The notes beneath the pieces were generated by a model. It made no database searches. It saw only the letters and a list, made by a program, of their open reading frames with translations, and had not been told where the DNA came from. Below, one piece after another: positions 1-9,049 of a stretch of DNA of 28,977 bases. Made by a program: the position numbers and the translations under genes. Positions within the stretch are counted from its first letter, which is position 1; each line of letters starts with the position of its first letter. Source of the DNA: Methanosarcinales archaeon (GTDB taxonomy: Archaea; Halobacteriota; Methanosarcinia; Methanosarcinales; Methanogasteraceae); contig DAOWIV010000047.1 in the NCBI GenBank assembly GCA_030640725.1, forward strand, positions 1 to 28,977, in the 5' to 3' direction.

Positions 1-34
1 AGATGTGTTCGCAGTTGGCGCATTTATGAGGCAT
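1..34 (-). CDS. 5' end of a Zn-ribbon protein (DUF2072/OapC-like), runs off the window
   Basis: Manual translation from ATG at 34 gives MPHKCANCEHI, matching the MPHxCxxC start of archaeal DUF2072 Zn-ribbon proteins. Only 11 codons are visible. Confidence 0.5.
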   Translation of the reverse strand, partial: MPHKCANCEHI

Positions 35-141
35 AACAAGTATTCTCACGTTCATCGGTATTCTTTTTATCTGTCGCACGAGGTGGTTGGCAACGCTTCA
101 ACTGATGCGATGTTATGATGAATCGGCAATTCCCGGTAAGC

Positions 142-576
142 CTACAATTCCTTCACCATTGCGATCTCATCGCAATCAGGGAACTTCGGACATTTGATGC
201 ATTCGCCCCATACCTTGTGCGGAAGCACATTCTTATCAACCTCCACAAACCCGTATCTCTGAAAATAGCCGGGTGCGCGGGTAAGCGTGAAGATCGTAGT
301 GATTCCGAGTTCCTGCGCCTCGCTCATGGACGCATGTAAAAGCAGCGAACCGATGCCCTGATTGTGCGCATCCTGCCGCACTGCAAAGGATATGACCTCT
401 GCAAGGTTATCCCAGCAGACATGGAGAGCGCAGCACCCGAGCAGTTGATCTTCGCTTGCACAGACCGTAAAATCCCGGATTCGGTCATATAGCTCGCTAC
501 GCGATCTCGGAAGCATAGTCCCGTCCATGGCATATCCATTGACCAGTTCATGCACCTGATCCACATCCTGCACCAC
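142..576 (-). CDS. Short GNAT N-acetyltransferase (ArgA-like amino-acid N-acetyltransferase family)
   Basis: Acetyl-CoA motif AHNQGIGSLL and conserved tail LPHKVWGECIKCPKFPDCDEIAM. The true start is probably upstream of GTG 576 (see findings). Confidence 0.85.
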   Translation of the reverse strand: MVQDVDQVHELVNGYAMDGTMLPRSRSELYDRIRDFTVCASEDQLLGCCALHVCWDNLAEVISFAVRQDAHNQGIGSLLLHASMSEAQELGITTIFTLTRAPGYFQRYGFVEVDKNVLPHKVWGECIKCPKFPDCDEIAMVKEL

Positions 577-623
577 CGCCTTCCGGATATGATAATCCGT
601 GCGATGCTTCGTATGACGTCCTG

Positions 624-631
624 TATTTATA
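624..631 (-). promoter_or_regulatory. Putative TATA box for the acetyltransferase
   Basis: TATAAATA on the minus strand just after the stop codon of the upstream gene. Confidence 0.5.
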
Positions 632-634
632 TGA

Positions 635-1549
635 TCACCTGCGCTTCTGCCCCATTCTTGTAACCAAGAGGATCAATGCGAATATAGCGGCAAACACGCA
701 ACCACTCAACAGATATCTGAAAGCCGTTGACTCTGCAAGCCGAACGTTCCATTTATCGCTACTGCCACCGTCATCTGGCGATGATTGTGATGATGATTCG
801 TTTTCATGCGCGGATTCTTCTGCATCTCCCATGGTCCTGACGTATTCAGGATCCTTGAACTGCGAAAGCCCGCGCAGGTGCGCAACCCCGCCCTTCGCAT
901 CCCATGACACCAAGTCCAGTTTCGCAATCAGGATGGTGTGATAGTCTCCCCCGATCTTCTTCATATACACAAACCGCCTCTTATCAGGATCGTCTCCGTA
1001 CATTTTTTCCTGTTTAACTGTTTCATCCCCTTTGTACAGTGTCAGAATGGCGTTGTTGTCAGCAATAGACTCTACCCCAAGTTCGTATCCTTCTTTCAAA
1101 GGTTCCAGATCGCCTTCCCCGATGTTTACAGACACATCACTGATCAAAGGGTAATCGAATGACCGATCAGGATCGATGTACTGTTCAACAATCACCGAGA
1201 CTGTGTTTGAGGTAGTGTCGGTTTCTCCCAGCGATATTTTTATGATATCGTAATTAACGTCACCAAGCTCCTTTTCATATATGTAAGAACTCTTTTTGGA
1301 TATATCCGGGTTCGCAATTTTCTTGCCGCCATTCGATATGTCGATCGTCGCGCCGTCATTCCTGACATCCCCCACCCTGAGCAGGTAGCCCTGTTCCAGA
1401 TCTATGGAACGCCCGGTCTCGATGTCGCCATCAAAATAGAAGATGGTTGCCTCATGGACGTTTCCGGCGCAGGCTGGTATGCATACGGTTACACACAGCG
1501 ACAGCACAAACGCCAGACAGACCCCGTGCATTGCGCCCTGAGCGGTCAT
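635..1549 (-). CDS. Membrane-anchored surface protein with Methanosarcinales S-layer-like domains
   Basis: Hydrophobic signal peptide. Two related segments (LEQGYLLRV.. / LKEGYELGVESI..LTLYKGDE..FVYMKK) resemble the S-layer duplication domain. Ser/acidic linker, C-terminal TM helix and basic tail RMGQKRR. The start may be ATG 1531. Confidence 0.7.
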   Translation of the reverse strand: MTAQGAMHGVCLAFVLSLCVTVCIPACAGNVHEATIFYFDGDIETGRSIDLEQGYLLRVGDVRNDGATIDISNGGKKIANPDISKKSSYIYEKELGDVNYDIIKISLGETDTTSNTVSVIVEQYIDPDRSFDYPLISDVSVNIGEGDLEPLKEGYELGVESIADNNAILTLYKGDETVKQEKMYGDDPDKRRFVYMKKIGGDYHTILIAKLDLVSWDAKGGVAHLRGLSQFKDPEYVRTMGDAEESAHENESSSQSSPDDGGSSDKWNVRLAESTAFRYLLSGCVFAAIFALILLVTRMGQKRR

Positions 1550-1937
1550 GGGGTTTGTTCTCCGGACAGTTTTTCGTGTGGTTCTCCGGGCATGTTCATG
1601 AGAGTAGTGTGGTATTATTTTACTATTATGGCTTGCGGGTGCATTGCAGCAGGAGGGTGCAGGCTGATGCCCGGGCAGGCAGTTTCATGTTTGCCTGCGA
1701 ATATCTAAAGATGCCGGCTAACACCGGATGGCATAACAATCACACATTTAGGGCAACGTTTTTTTACAAGTGAACCTATTGTTATACGCCAGAACCGGTT
1801 TGCATGGCACCATGACATCCGGATATTATGGCGCTACTCATAACCATCTGAATAGAGATGCAAGGGTAGTGGCAAGCCGTAAACGCGAACCTATAGTCCG
1901 GGTTTGGGAACCGATGCTTGGCAAGTGAGGAAGATAA

Positions 1938-2693
1938 ATGAGTCGTTCAGGATCGGGCGATGAAACGCACGAGAGCGGGGACATTGACCCGCGCATCGCA
2001 GAGCTGGAAAGGGTGAACAAAGATCTGGAAAAGAAGATCGCTGAACAAGAGCGCGCAGAGGGGCAGCTTACGGCGTCGCTCTTGGAGAAAGAGATGCTTC
2101 TACGCGAGGTTCACCACCGGGTTAAGAACAATATGCAGGTCATCTCCAGTCTCCTCAAGATCCAATCCGGGTATGTCAACGACGATGTGCGCGGGATGTT
2201 TGAAGAGTGCCAGCACCGGATACTGGCGATGTCTCTCGTCCATGAGAATCTTTACAAGTCAAAAGACATGGCAAGCGTCGATTTTAAGGAGTATATCAAG
2301 ACTCTGCTCCATGACGTGTTCTGGTCTTACGGTTACGGGGTTAGCACCGGCAGAATCAAGCTGGAGATGAATGTCGAGGATGTTTCGTTCAGTGTCGGTG
2401 ATGCCATGTCATGTGGATTAATCATCAATGAACTGGTCTCCAATTCCTTGAAACACGCTTTTCCAGAGGGGAGATCGGGCAAAATCAAAGTTTCACTCCG
2501 CTCACTCGGCGAAGGCAGATTTGAACTGGTTGTCGGCGATGACGGGATCGGGGTGGCGCAGCATCTGGATTTCAGGGATGTGGCAACGCTTGGTATGCAT
2601 CTGGTTATCCTGCTGGCTGAAGATCAGCTTCGTGGCGCAATCGAGCTTGATAGAACCGGCGGAACCGAATTCCTGATTACGTTTGAGGGTTAA
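1938..2693 (+). CDS. HisKA_2-type histidine kinase with no sensor domain
   Basis: H-box [18 protein letters not shown]-box [14 protein letters not shown]1 DDGIG and G2 TLGMHLV. Only a coiled coil precedes the H-box. Confidence 0.9.
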   Translation: MSRSGSGDETHESGDIDPRIAELERVNKDLEKKIAEQERAEGQLTASLLEKEMLLREVHHRVKNNMQVISSLLKIQSGYVNDDVRGMFEECQHRILAMSLVHENLYKSKDMASVDFKEYIKTLLHDVFWSYGYGVSTGRIKLEMNVEDVSFSVGDAMSCGLIINELVSNSLKHAFPEGRSGKIKVSLRSLGEGRFELVVGDDGIGVAQHLDFRDVATLGMHLVILLAEDQLRGAIELDRTGGTEFLITFEG

Positions 2694-2697
2694 AGTG

Positions 2698-3609
2698 ATG
2701 AAAAAAGAGATATTGATTGTTGAAGACGAAAGAATCGTCGCCGAAGACGTTCGGATGATTCTGAAGAATTTTGGATATACGGTCTCTGCAATCGTGTCGT
2801 CAGGCGAGGAGGCCATCGCCCGGGCAGGGGCGGAACTGCCTGATCTGGTGCTGATGGACATCGTACTCAAAGGTGAGCTGGACGGGGTTGAGGCGGCTGA
2901 ACAGATACGGTCTGCCCTTCACATTCCGGTTGTATACCTGACCGCCTATGCAGACGGCGACACACTTAAGCGTGCAAGGGTGACCGCGCCTTATGGGTAC
3001 GTTGTCAAGCCGTTTGTCGACAAAGAACTCTGCTGTATCATAGAGATGGCTCTTTACAAGAGCCAGCGGGAAAAGAGGATGGAACAACTCGCTGCGATGA
3101 TGAGTACCATCCGGAACATCGACAAGATCACCACCGAAGAGAAAGACCCGGGGAGGCTGATCCGGAGGATCTGCGAAGGTTTTATCGAGACACGCGGCTA
3201 TCGCCACGCGTGGATCGCGCTCAACGACGAACCATACCTGCTTGCAGGCGCCGGAAAGTCAGGGGTGGGCAGGGAGTTCTCGCAGGTAGAGGAGCGCATG
3301 AGGCTCGGCGAGTTGCCTGATTGTGCCAGACAGGCGATCGGGCAATCCGAAGTTGTCACGGTTCGGAGTCCGTCTTCTGTCGGTGCATGTGCCGGCTGTC
3401 CGCTGCTAAAGCGGTGCGATGGTGGAGAAACGCTCACGGTCAGGCTGGAAGCGGGCGAAACGATCTGCGGGCTGTTATCTGTGGCACTCCCTCCAGATCT
3501 TGCTGCAGGTGGGGCAGAGTCGCCGCTGCTTACAGAGGTTGCCGGGGATATCGCATTTGCGCTAAACAGCATAAGACTGGAAGAGCTACGTAAGGGGAGA
3601 TGCGATTAA
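2698..3609 (+). CDS. Response regulator receiver domain fused to a GAF domain
   Basis: REC motifs ILIVEDE, LVLMDI, YLTAY and VVKPF, then a GAF-like region (RICEGFIETRGYRHAWI...GLLSVALP..EVAGDIAFAL). ATG 2698 preferred over the ORF-track TTG 2683. Confidence 0.85.
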   Translation: MKKEILIVEDERIVAEDVRMILKNFGYTVSAIVSSGEEAIARAGAELPDLVLMDIVLKGELDGVEAAEQIRSALHIPVVYLTAYADGDTLKRARVTAPYGYVVKPFVDKELCCIIEMALYKSQREKRMEQLAAMMSTIRNIDKITTEEKDPGRLIRRICEGFIETRGYRHAWIALNDEPYLLAGAGKSGVGREFSQVEERMRLGELPDCARQAIGQSEVVTVRSPSSVGACAGCPLLKRCDGGETLTVRLEAGETICGLLSVALPPDLAAGGAESPLLTEVAGDIAFALNSIRLEELRKGRCD

Positions 3610-4115
3610 AAGCTGAAATCAAGCGTTTGGAGTGTTTTGCAGGTATTCCGGTGCATTGGGTGCCGGGTTTGGGGGGGTGGTACAATAAAACAGGTTTCCG
3701 GGCAGGATGGTATACTTCGCACCGCCACAAACTGAGCTTTTTTGCAAATGTGTCAGCGATGTGGTGACACACGCGAAAGACGTGACGATAGAGATGACGC
3801 GCTTCGCGTCTCTCTCGCCTTTCTCGTTAAATTGGAGAATAAAAACGCAAAGATCGAATAAACCTCTTGATTGGCTATCATGTTGTACATGCCCTGGTCT
3901 TGTGTATTCATGGCCAAATTGGCAATTACAAAAGTCGCCGTTTATGCCGGTAATGAGTATACGTCAGGGAAATCGGTGGCAAGGGGGTTTATGTTTTGAT
4001 CGGTCATACATCAATTGGGTTGACCGATGGTGTTTTTCACTGCATCTTTGAAAGTCAAGTTAAAAAAGACGACCGTGTTCTGTCAGGCGCCGTGAAACGT
4101 AATTTTGGTGAAAGC

Positions 4116-4143
4116 GATGGTCGCTGAAATGTATGCGACCATC
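4116..4143 (-). terminator. Hairpin downstream of rpsJ, possible terminator or processing site
   Basis: Perfect 9-bp inverted repeat GATGGTCGC / GCGACCATC with a 10-nt loop, about 33 nt after the rpsJ stop. Confidence 0.4.
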
Positions 4144-4175
4144 TGACAAAAATCGCAGTGAATCAAACCGACTGA

Positions 4176-4487
4176 TCAATTCTCAAGCACAATCTCTATG
4201 TTGACGTTGTTCGGAACGTTGATGCGCATCAATTGCCTGAGCGCGCGTTCATCAGCGGCGAGGTCAATCAGCCGCTTGTGCACCCGCATCTCCCAGTGAT
4301 CCCATGTCTCAGTCCCTTCACCATCAGGACTTTTCCGGATCGGGACTACCAGTCGCCGGGTTGGCAGTGGGATCGGACCGGCGATGCTGATGCCGGTTCG
4401 TTCTGCAATCCCTCTGACTTGTTTACAGACGGAGTCCAGCTCTTCCGGGTTCGTACCAGTTAATCGTATTCGAGCTTTCTGAACCAT
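4176..4487 (-). CDS. rpsJ: 30S ribosomal protein S10 (uS10)
   Basis: [40 protein letters not shown] motifs. Lies directly after tuf. Confidence 0.98.
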   Translation of the reverse strand: MVQKARIRLTGTNPEELDSVCKQVRGIAERTGISIAGPIPLPTRRLVVPIRKSPDGEGTETWDHWEMRVHKRLIDLAADERALRQLMRINVPNNVNIEIVLEN

Positions 4488-4517
4488 TTTAGCACCGATA
4501 AAAAGAGAGTAGGAGAA

Positions 4518-5786
4518 TTACTTCTCCTTGATGCTGATGCACATGCCAGCAGCAATGGTCTGCCCCATATCGCGTATGGCAAATCTGCCAAGCTGTGGGA
4601 TCTTCTTGATTTCCTCAATGACCATCGGTCTTGTTGGCTTGATCGTGACGATCGCTGCATCGCCTGCCTTGATGAATGCAGGGTTCTCCTCGAGAACGTT
4701 TCCTGAGCGTGGATCAAGCTTCTTGTCAAGCGATATGAACATACATGCGGCCTGAGCGGTGTGGCAGTGGAATACCGGCGTGTATCCGACAGATATCGCT
4801 GACGGGTGCTGGAGTACCACGATCTGGGCTGTGAACTCATCAGCGACCGTTGGCGGGTTGCTGGCAGGTCCGCACACATCGCCTCGACGCACATCCTTCT
4901 TGCCAACGCCCCTCACATTGAATCCGATATTGTCGCCAGGCACAGCTTCAGGGATCTCTTCGTGGTGCATCTCGATCGATTTTACCTCGCCACTGGCGCC
5001 ACTTGGCATGAATACGACGTTGTCGCCCGGTTTCATGATTCCGGTCTCGACACGCCCGACCGGCACGGTGCCGATACCTGAGATCGTGTACGCATCCTGA
5101 ACAGGAATGCGCATCGGCAGGGTTGTTGGTTTTTCAGGCTCAGTGAATTGATCAAGAGCTTCGAGAATGGTCGGTCCCTTGTACCACGGCGTGTCCTTGC
5201 TCTTTTCGGATATGTTTGCGCCGAAGAGTGCGGACGTCGGTATGAAGTTCATGTCGGCAGGGTTGAACCCGACCATCTTGAGCAGGGTGCTGATGTCATC
5301 TTTGACCTCATTGAACCGCTCCTCGCTGTAATCGACAGAATCCATCTTGTTGATCGCAAGGAGCATCTGGTTGATTCCGAGCGTTCTTGACAGGAATACG
5401 TGCTCCTTGGTCTGCTCCATGACCCCGTCCTTTGCATCGACGGTAAGTATCGCGGCGTCCGCCTGTGAAGCGCCGGTGATCATGTTCTTGACAAAGTCCC
5501 GGTGTCCGGGGCAGTCCACGATAGTGTAATAGTATTTATCGGTATCAAATCGTTTGTGTGCGATATCAATGGTGATGCCCCGCTCTCGCTCTTCTTTCAA
5601 GGAATCCATAACCCACGCGAATGCAAATGAGCCTTTACCCTTCTCTTCCGCTTCTGTTTTGTACTTCTCGATGATATGCTCCGGCACGGTACCGGTCTCG
5701 TATAGCAGCCGTCCGACAAGCGTCGATTTTCCGTGATCGATATGTCCGATGACCGCTAGATTCATGTGTGGCTTTTCTTTTGCCAT
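4518..5786 (-). CDS. tuf: Translation elongation factor EF-1 alpha
   Basis: [25 protein letters not shown] and NKMD motifs. Start corrected to ATG 5786 (MAKEKPH) with an AGGAGG RBS, giving 422 aa. Confidence 0.98.
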   Translation of the reverse strand: MAKEKPHMNLAVIGHIDHGKSTLVGRLLYETGTVPEHIIEKYKTEAEEKGKGSFAFAWVMDSLKEERERGITIDIAHKRFDTDKYYYTIVDCPGHRDFVKNMITGASQADAAILTVDAKDGVMEQTKEHVFLSRTLGINQMLLAINKMDSVDYSEERFNEVKDDISTLLKMVGFNPADMNFIPTSALFGANISEKSKDTPWYKGPTILEALDQFTEPEKPTTLPMRIPVQDAYTISGIGTVPVGRVETGIMKPGDNVVFMPSGASGEVKSIEMHHEEIPEAVPGDNIGFNVRGVGKKDVRRGDVCGPASNPPTVADEFTAQIVVLQHPSAISVGYTPVFHCHTAQAACMFISLDKKLDPRSGNVLEENPAFIKAGDAAIVTIKPTRPMVIEEIKKIPQLGRFAIRDMGQTIAAGMCISIKEK

Positions 5787-5828
5787 GTTTATCCTCCTGA
5801 TTGGTTTGTATATCTTCACTGGTGCGGG

Positions 5829-5843
5829 ATATTAAATGTTTTC
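5829..5843 (-). promoter_or_regulatory. BRE-TATA promoter of tuf-rpsJ
   Basis: GAAAACA-TTTAATAT on the minus strand between the tRNA 3' end and the tuf RBS. Confidence 0.65.
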
Positions 5844-5847
5844 ACCA

Positions 5848-5922
5848 TGCTCCGATCGGGATTTGAACCCGAGTCACGGGATTGAGAGCCCCGCATGATT
5901 GGCCGAGCTACACTATCGGAGC
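5848..5922 (-). tRNA. tRNA-Glu (anticodon CTC), no intron, CCA not encoded
   Basis: GCTCCGA/TCGGAGC acceptor stem, anticodon arm CGGGG-CTCTCAA-TCCCG, T-loop GGTTCAAATCC, discriminator A. Length 75 nt. Confidence 0.95.
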
Positions 5923-5958
5923 GTATGAAGCCATACCCAATATCTCTACATCATTGCC

Positions 5959-5992
5959 ATATTAACCTTTCGAGAGATCGAAAGATATATAT
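5959..5992. promoter_or_regulatory. Back-to-back BRE-TATA promoters for tRNA-Glu (-) and atpC (+)
   Basis: Minus strand GAAAGG-TTAATAT at 5971-5959. Plus strand GAAAGATATATAT at 5980-5992. Confidence 0.6.
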
Positions 5993-6025
5993 CGAACAAA
6001 ACATCAGGAATGCGCAGGTGAATTA

Positions 6026-7072
6026 ATGTTGCGAATACCGTGGAAACGCAAACAGGGAAGCAAGAGTTACGCGTACTTGTGCGCAAGAGTACGTGCAATG
6101 AAGAGCAAATTACTGCCAAAAGAAGACTATCCGAGGCTGATGAATATGGAGGTTGCAGAGATCACCAGATTTATCGAGGATTCAGAATATAAAGCAGACG
6201 TTGATGAACTTGCGCAGAAATATGATGGCATCAATCTGACAGAGCACGCTCTGAATCAGAATCTTGCGTTAACATATCGAAAACTGCTCAACATATCAGC
6301 AGGGGAAGCACACAGCATGATCTCCAGTTATTTTATGCGGTGGGATATCTGGAATATCAAAACTATTCTCAGGGGGAAGCAATATGGGGCGTCTGATGAA
6401 GAGATACTTGAATCTGTAGTCTCTGCCGGGCAGTTTGGGTACCATGACCTGATTGCGCTTGTACAGAAGGACACCCCTGGAATTATCGGGGTTCTGGAGC
6501 AAGATTATCCACTCGGTGACTATTCCGAAGATCGGCTGGACCACTTTGAGAATGCACTGGATATATTTTATTACGAGAGACTGTCCAGGATCGAGGCGGT
6601 GCGTAGTCCAAAATCAAAGAGCCACAGGTTATTTTCAGAGATGATCCGGACAGAAATCGACATAATAAATTTAAAAACGCTATTTCGGTCTGCGAAGGCA
6701 GGTGTCCGCAGAGAACAGATCGTCAGTATGTTGGTCCCGGGCGGGTTGAAATTGAACATGATCTCGTTAAAAAAACTGGCAGGACTTTCATTTGGTGAAT
6801 TTGTCATGTCGCTTAAGGATTATCCGTACTGGGAGCCCATCTCCGGTATCGTGACCGAAGATATGGAATCCTTGACCAGCGTGGAGATCGGACTGGACAA
6901 ATACAGGCTCGAATACGCCACACAGACATCGCATTACTACCCGCTCTCGATCGTGCCGATTATGGACTATATCCTGTGCAAGAAGAACGAGGTGAACAAT
7001 ATCCGGATGATTGCGCGTGGCAAGGAAGTCGGGCTTCCGGATGACGTGATCCGGAGTAAACTGGTTTTGTGA
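6026..7072 (+). CDS. atpC: A/V-type ATP synthase subunit C
   Basis: YAYLCARVRAMKSKLL, WDIWNIKTILRGK, EIDIINLKTLFR and KKNEVNNIRMIARGK motifs. AGGTGA RBS. Confidence 0.93.
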   Translation: MLRIPWKRKQGSKSYAYLCARVRAMKSKLLPKEDYPRLMNMEVAEITRFIEDSEYKADVDELAQKYDGINLTEHALNQNLALTYRKLLNISAGEAHSMISSYFMRWDIWNIKTILRGKQYGASDEEILESVVSAGQFGYHDLIALVQKDTPGIIGVLEQDYPLGDYSEDRLDHFENALDIFYYERLSRIEAVRSPKSKSHRLFSEMIRTEIDIINLKTLFRSAKAGVRREQIVSMLVPGGLKLNMISLKKLAGLSFGEFVMSLKDYPYWEPISGIVTEDMESLTSVEIGLDKYRLEYATQTSHYYPLSIVPIMDYILCKKNEVNNIRMIARGKEVGLPDDVIRSKLVL

Positions 7073-7132
7073 GTATAATTTACGGAAAACCGCAGAATAA
7101 TCGGGTTGTTTTGCCGGGCACAGCACCTAACC

Positions 7133-7540
7133 TCACTCTGCCTCAACAATCTCCCTGAGCCGCTCAACCGATATCTTCGCAGGTTTCTTCACGGCAGCAG
7201 GAGCCTCTTCGTACGGCAGTTCTGCAATCGCGCTTGCGATCGCAGGGAGTATCGCATACTCCTTCTGGATCGAGTAAAACCCGGGACGGGCTCCTCCGCC
7301 ACGGTCCGCACGGCATCTCCTCGGATCCCCCGGAACAAAGCCCCGTTCCTTGATAAACGCACCCGGATCGATCTTTCTGATGGTATTAACAAGTGCCCGA
7401 ACGATCGCCTCTTCTCCGTGTATGAGCAAGCCATAGCAAGTTTCCTTGATCGTGACATCGGCATGGAGTTCGTAGATCAGGAGATGCATCTCACTTGGCA
7501 GTTCCGATGAAAGCACAACGAGTCTGGTGATTTTACCCAA
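7133..7540 (-). CDS. mmp6: Methanogenesis marker protein 6
   Basis: IKETCYG and KERGFVPGDPRRCRADRGGGARPGF motifs. TTG start with GGAGGT RBS, directly after marker 3. Confidence 0.88.
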   Translation of the reverse strand: MGKITRLVVLSSELPSEMHLLIYELHADVTIKETCYGLLIHGEEAIVRALVNTIRKIDPGAFIKERGFVPGDPRRCRADRGGGARPGFYSIQKEYAILPAIASAIAELPYEEAPAAVKKPAKISVERLREIVEAE

Positions 7541-7543
7541 CTC

Positions 7544-9049
7544 TCACACCTCCGTTACGTAAACAACATCCCCTTCCCCTACATCACGCAGTTTCTCAAG
7601 ATCGATAATTCTTCCAATGATGTTTGTGTAGGCGAATTTCTCGCCGGATGGTCCGTATCTTGAATCATCAGTGAGTTTCACGCCGATCATCTGGGCGTAC
7701 TTCGCAGCCTGACTTGTAACACCAATTTCGCCGGCTGGCACGACTTCTTCCGGCACGTTCTCCGGCATGATCTCTTTCTTGACCTCTGGCACCTTGAATA
7801 GTCGCGTATCCTCGTACGCTGTAAAGACAGGAAGCGCGCCGATAGGTGATTTGAGAAGCCCGAGGGCATGTCTGAAGAAACCGATCGTAGTCGGGGCGAG
7901 ATCATCATACAGTTCGATCTTCAGGAGATTCTTCTCAGAAACGCCGCGTACGGTGACATCACCAGCCCCTACAATCTCCAGTGTGGTCTCAGGCATCTGT
8001 TCCACGACTATGTCACTGTTCTCGACTTCCCCCTCGCGATGCATGGTTATGCCGCGTCCCAAAAGCTCCTCTTCCGCGCTTTTTAGCGTTTTTCCAAGCA
8101 GCATGATGCGTTCGGGGTGGATGTCCAGCGCAATGGCATGATCCTTCTCTATAAGCTGGATCAATTCCATGCCACGACTTACACTGCCAACCACCGAATG
8201 ACTTGGGGACGAGGTTTTGTCGAGTTTTGATATGTATACGCGCCCGAGTCCGGCGCCGACGGATCTAACCGTTATTATGCCAGCTTTTCTCGGCTCTTTC
8301 TGCTCGAAAGGACATTCTTCACCCTGCAGCGATTCTATGGATGCAAACGAATGCGCAATGGTGCTAAATGTTAGTGTATTGCCCTTTGCCGACGCCAGAA
8401 AGTGTTCTGCACCGTACGGGGCACCAGAGGACAAATCGACCACGGCGTACGTGAATATGCGCATCCCCTGCTCGATTTTAGTTGAGAGATCGGTTGTCAC
8501 AATCTTGTCAACGACCGTCTCCCACCGCTCGACAGGAGCGATTCCTGTGATCGAATCGCCAGTGGTCAAGGAATCGACGATACCTTTGCCGCTCACGACC
8601 CTACCGATGATGCCGCCATCAGCGGGTGCACCATGTACCGCGGTGTGCAGTTGTTTTGATATGACCAGATGTGTGTGATCCGCGTCATATCCACCCGTGC
8701 CGAGGAGCACGTCCCAGCGCGTGTATTCGCGGTCCAGATGCGATGGTACGATACCCGCTTTGAACGGACCGAATGCGATAGCTTCTCGCCCGGTCCACCT
8801 GACCCCGGAGGTTGCGATCTCTGATTGCACATCCTGCCAGATATCCTGATATGCAGAGAGTTCGACCCCGATATTGCCTTTTGTCGTGCTGATCAGGTAC
8901 TCAGCCGTGGCTTTCTTTGACTCCTCAGTTCCCTTGATGATGGCGATCGCGGTACCTCTGTAGGGAACCTTTACACTCTTTAAAACGTCTGCAAGTGTGG
9001 AATCGTCCGCAACCACGAGCGGATCGTTATCAAGTTCGATGTCGATCAT
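7544..9049 (-). CDS. mmp3: Methanogenesis marker protein 3
   Basis: Duplicated cyclophilin-like architecture, IELYDDLAPTTIGFFR, PEN and RYGPSGEKFAYTNIIG motifs. TGATG overlap with atwA. Confidence 0.9.
   Translation of the reverse strand: MIDIELDNDPLVVADDSTLADVLKSVKVPYRGTAIAIIKGTEESKKATAEYLISTTKGNIGVELSAYQDIWQDVQSEIATSGVRWTGREAIAFGPFKAGIVPSHLDREYTRWDVLLGTGGYDADHTHLVISKQLHTAVHGAPADGGIIGRVVSGKGIVDSLTTGDSITGIAPVERWETVVDKIVTTDLSTKIEQGMRIFTYAVVDLSSGAPYGAEHFLASAKGNTLTFSTIAHSFASIESLQGEECPFEQKEPRKAGIITVRSVGAGLGRVYISKLDKTSSPSHSVVGSVSRGMELIQLIEKDHAIALDIHPERIMLLGKTLKSAEEELLGRGITMHREGEVENSDIVVEQMPETTLEIVGAGDVTVRGVSEKNLLKIELYDDLAPTTIGFFRHALGLLKSPIGALPVFTAYEDTRLFKVPEVKKEIMPENVPEEVVPAGEIGVTSQAAKYAQMIGVKLTDDSRYGPSGEKFAYTNIIGRIIDLEKLRDVGEGDVVYVTEV

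Noticed and set aside
1675-1698. 7-bp inverted repeat GCAGGCA/TGCCTGC as an operator between divergent genes
   Set aside because: It occurs once, no cognate regulator is nearby, and it is too short to support.
5848-5880. Integrated element at the tRNA-Glu 3' end
   Set aside because: No duplicated tRNA 3' segment and no integrase were seen in the window, and housekeeping genes follow directly.
5848-5922. Functional link between tRNA-Glu (tetrapyrrole C5 pathway) and nearby F430/MCR genes
   Set aside because: There are no hemA/hemL genes, the tRNA is in a different transcription unit, and proximity alone is not evidence.
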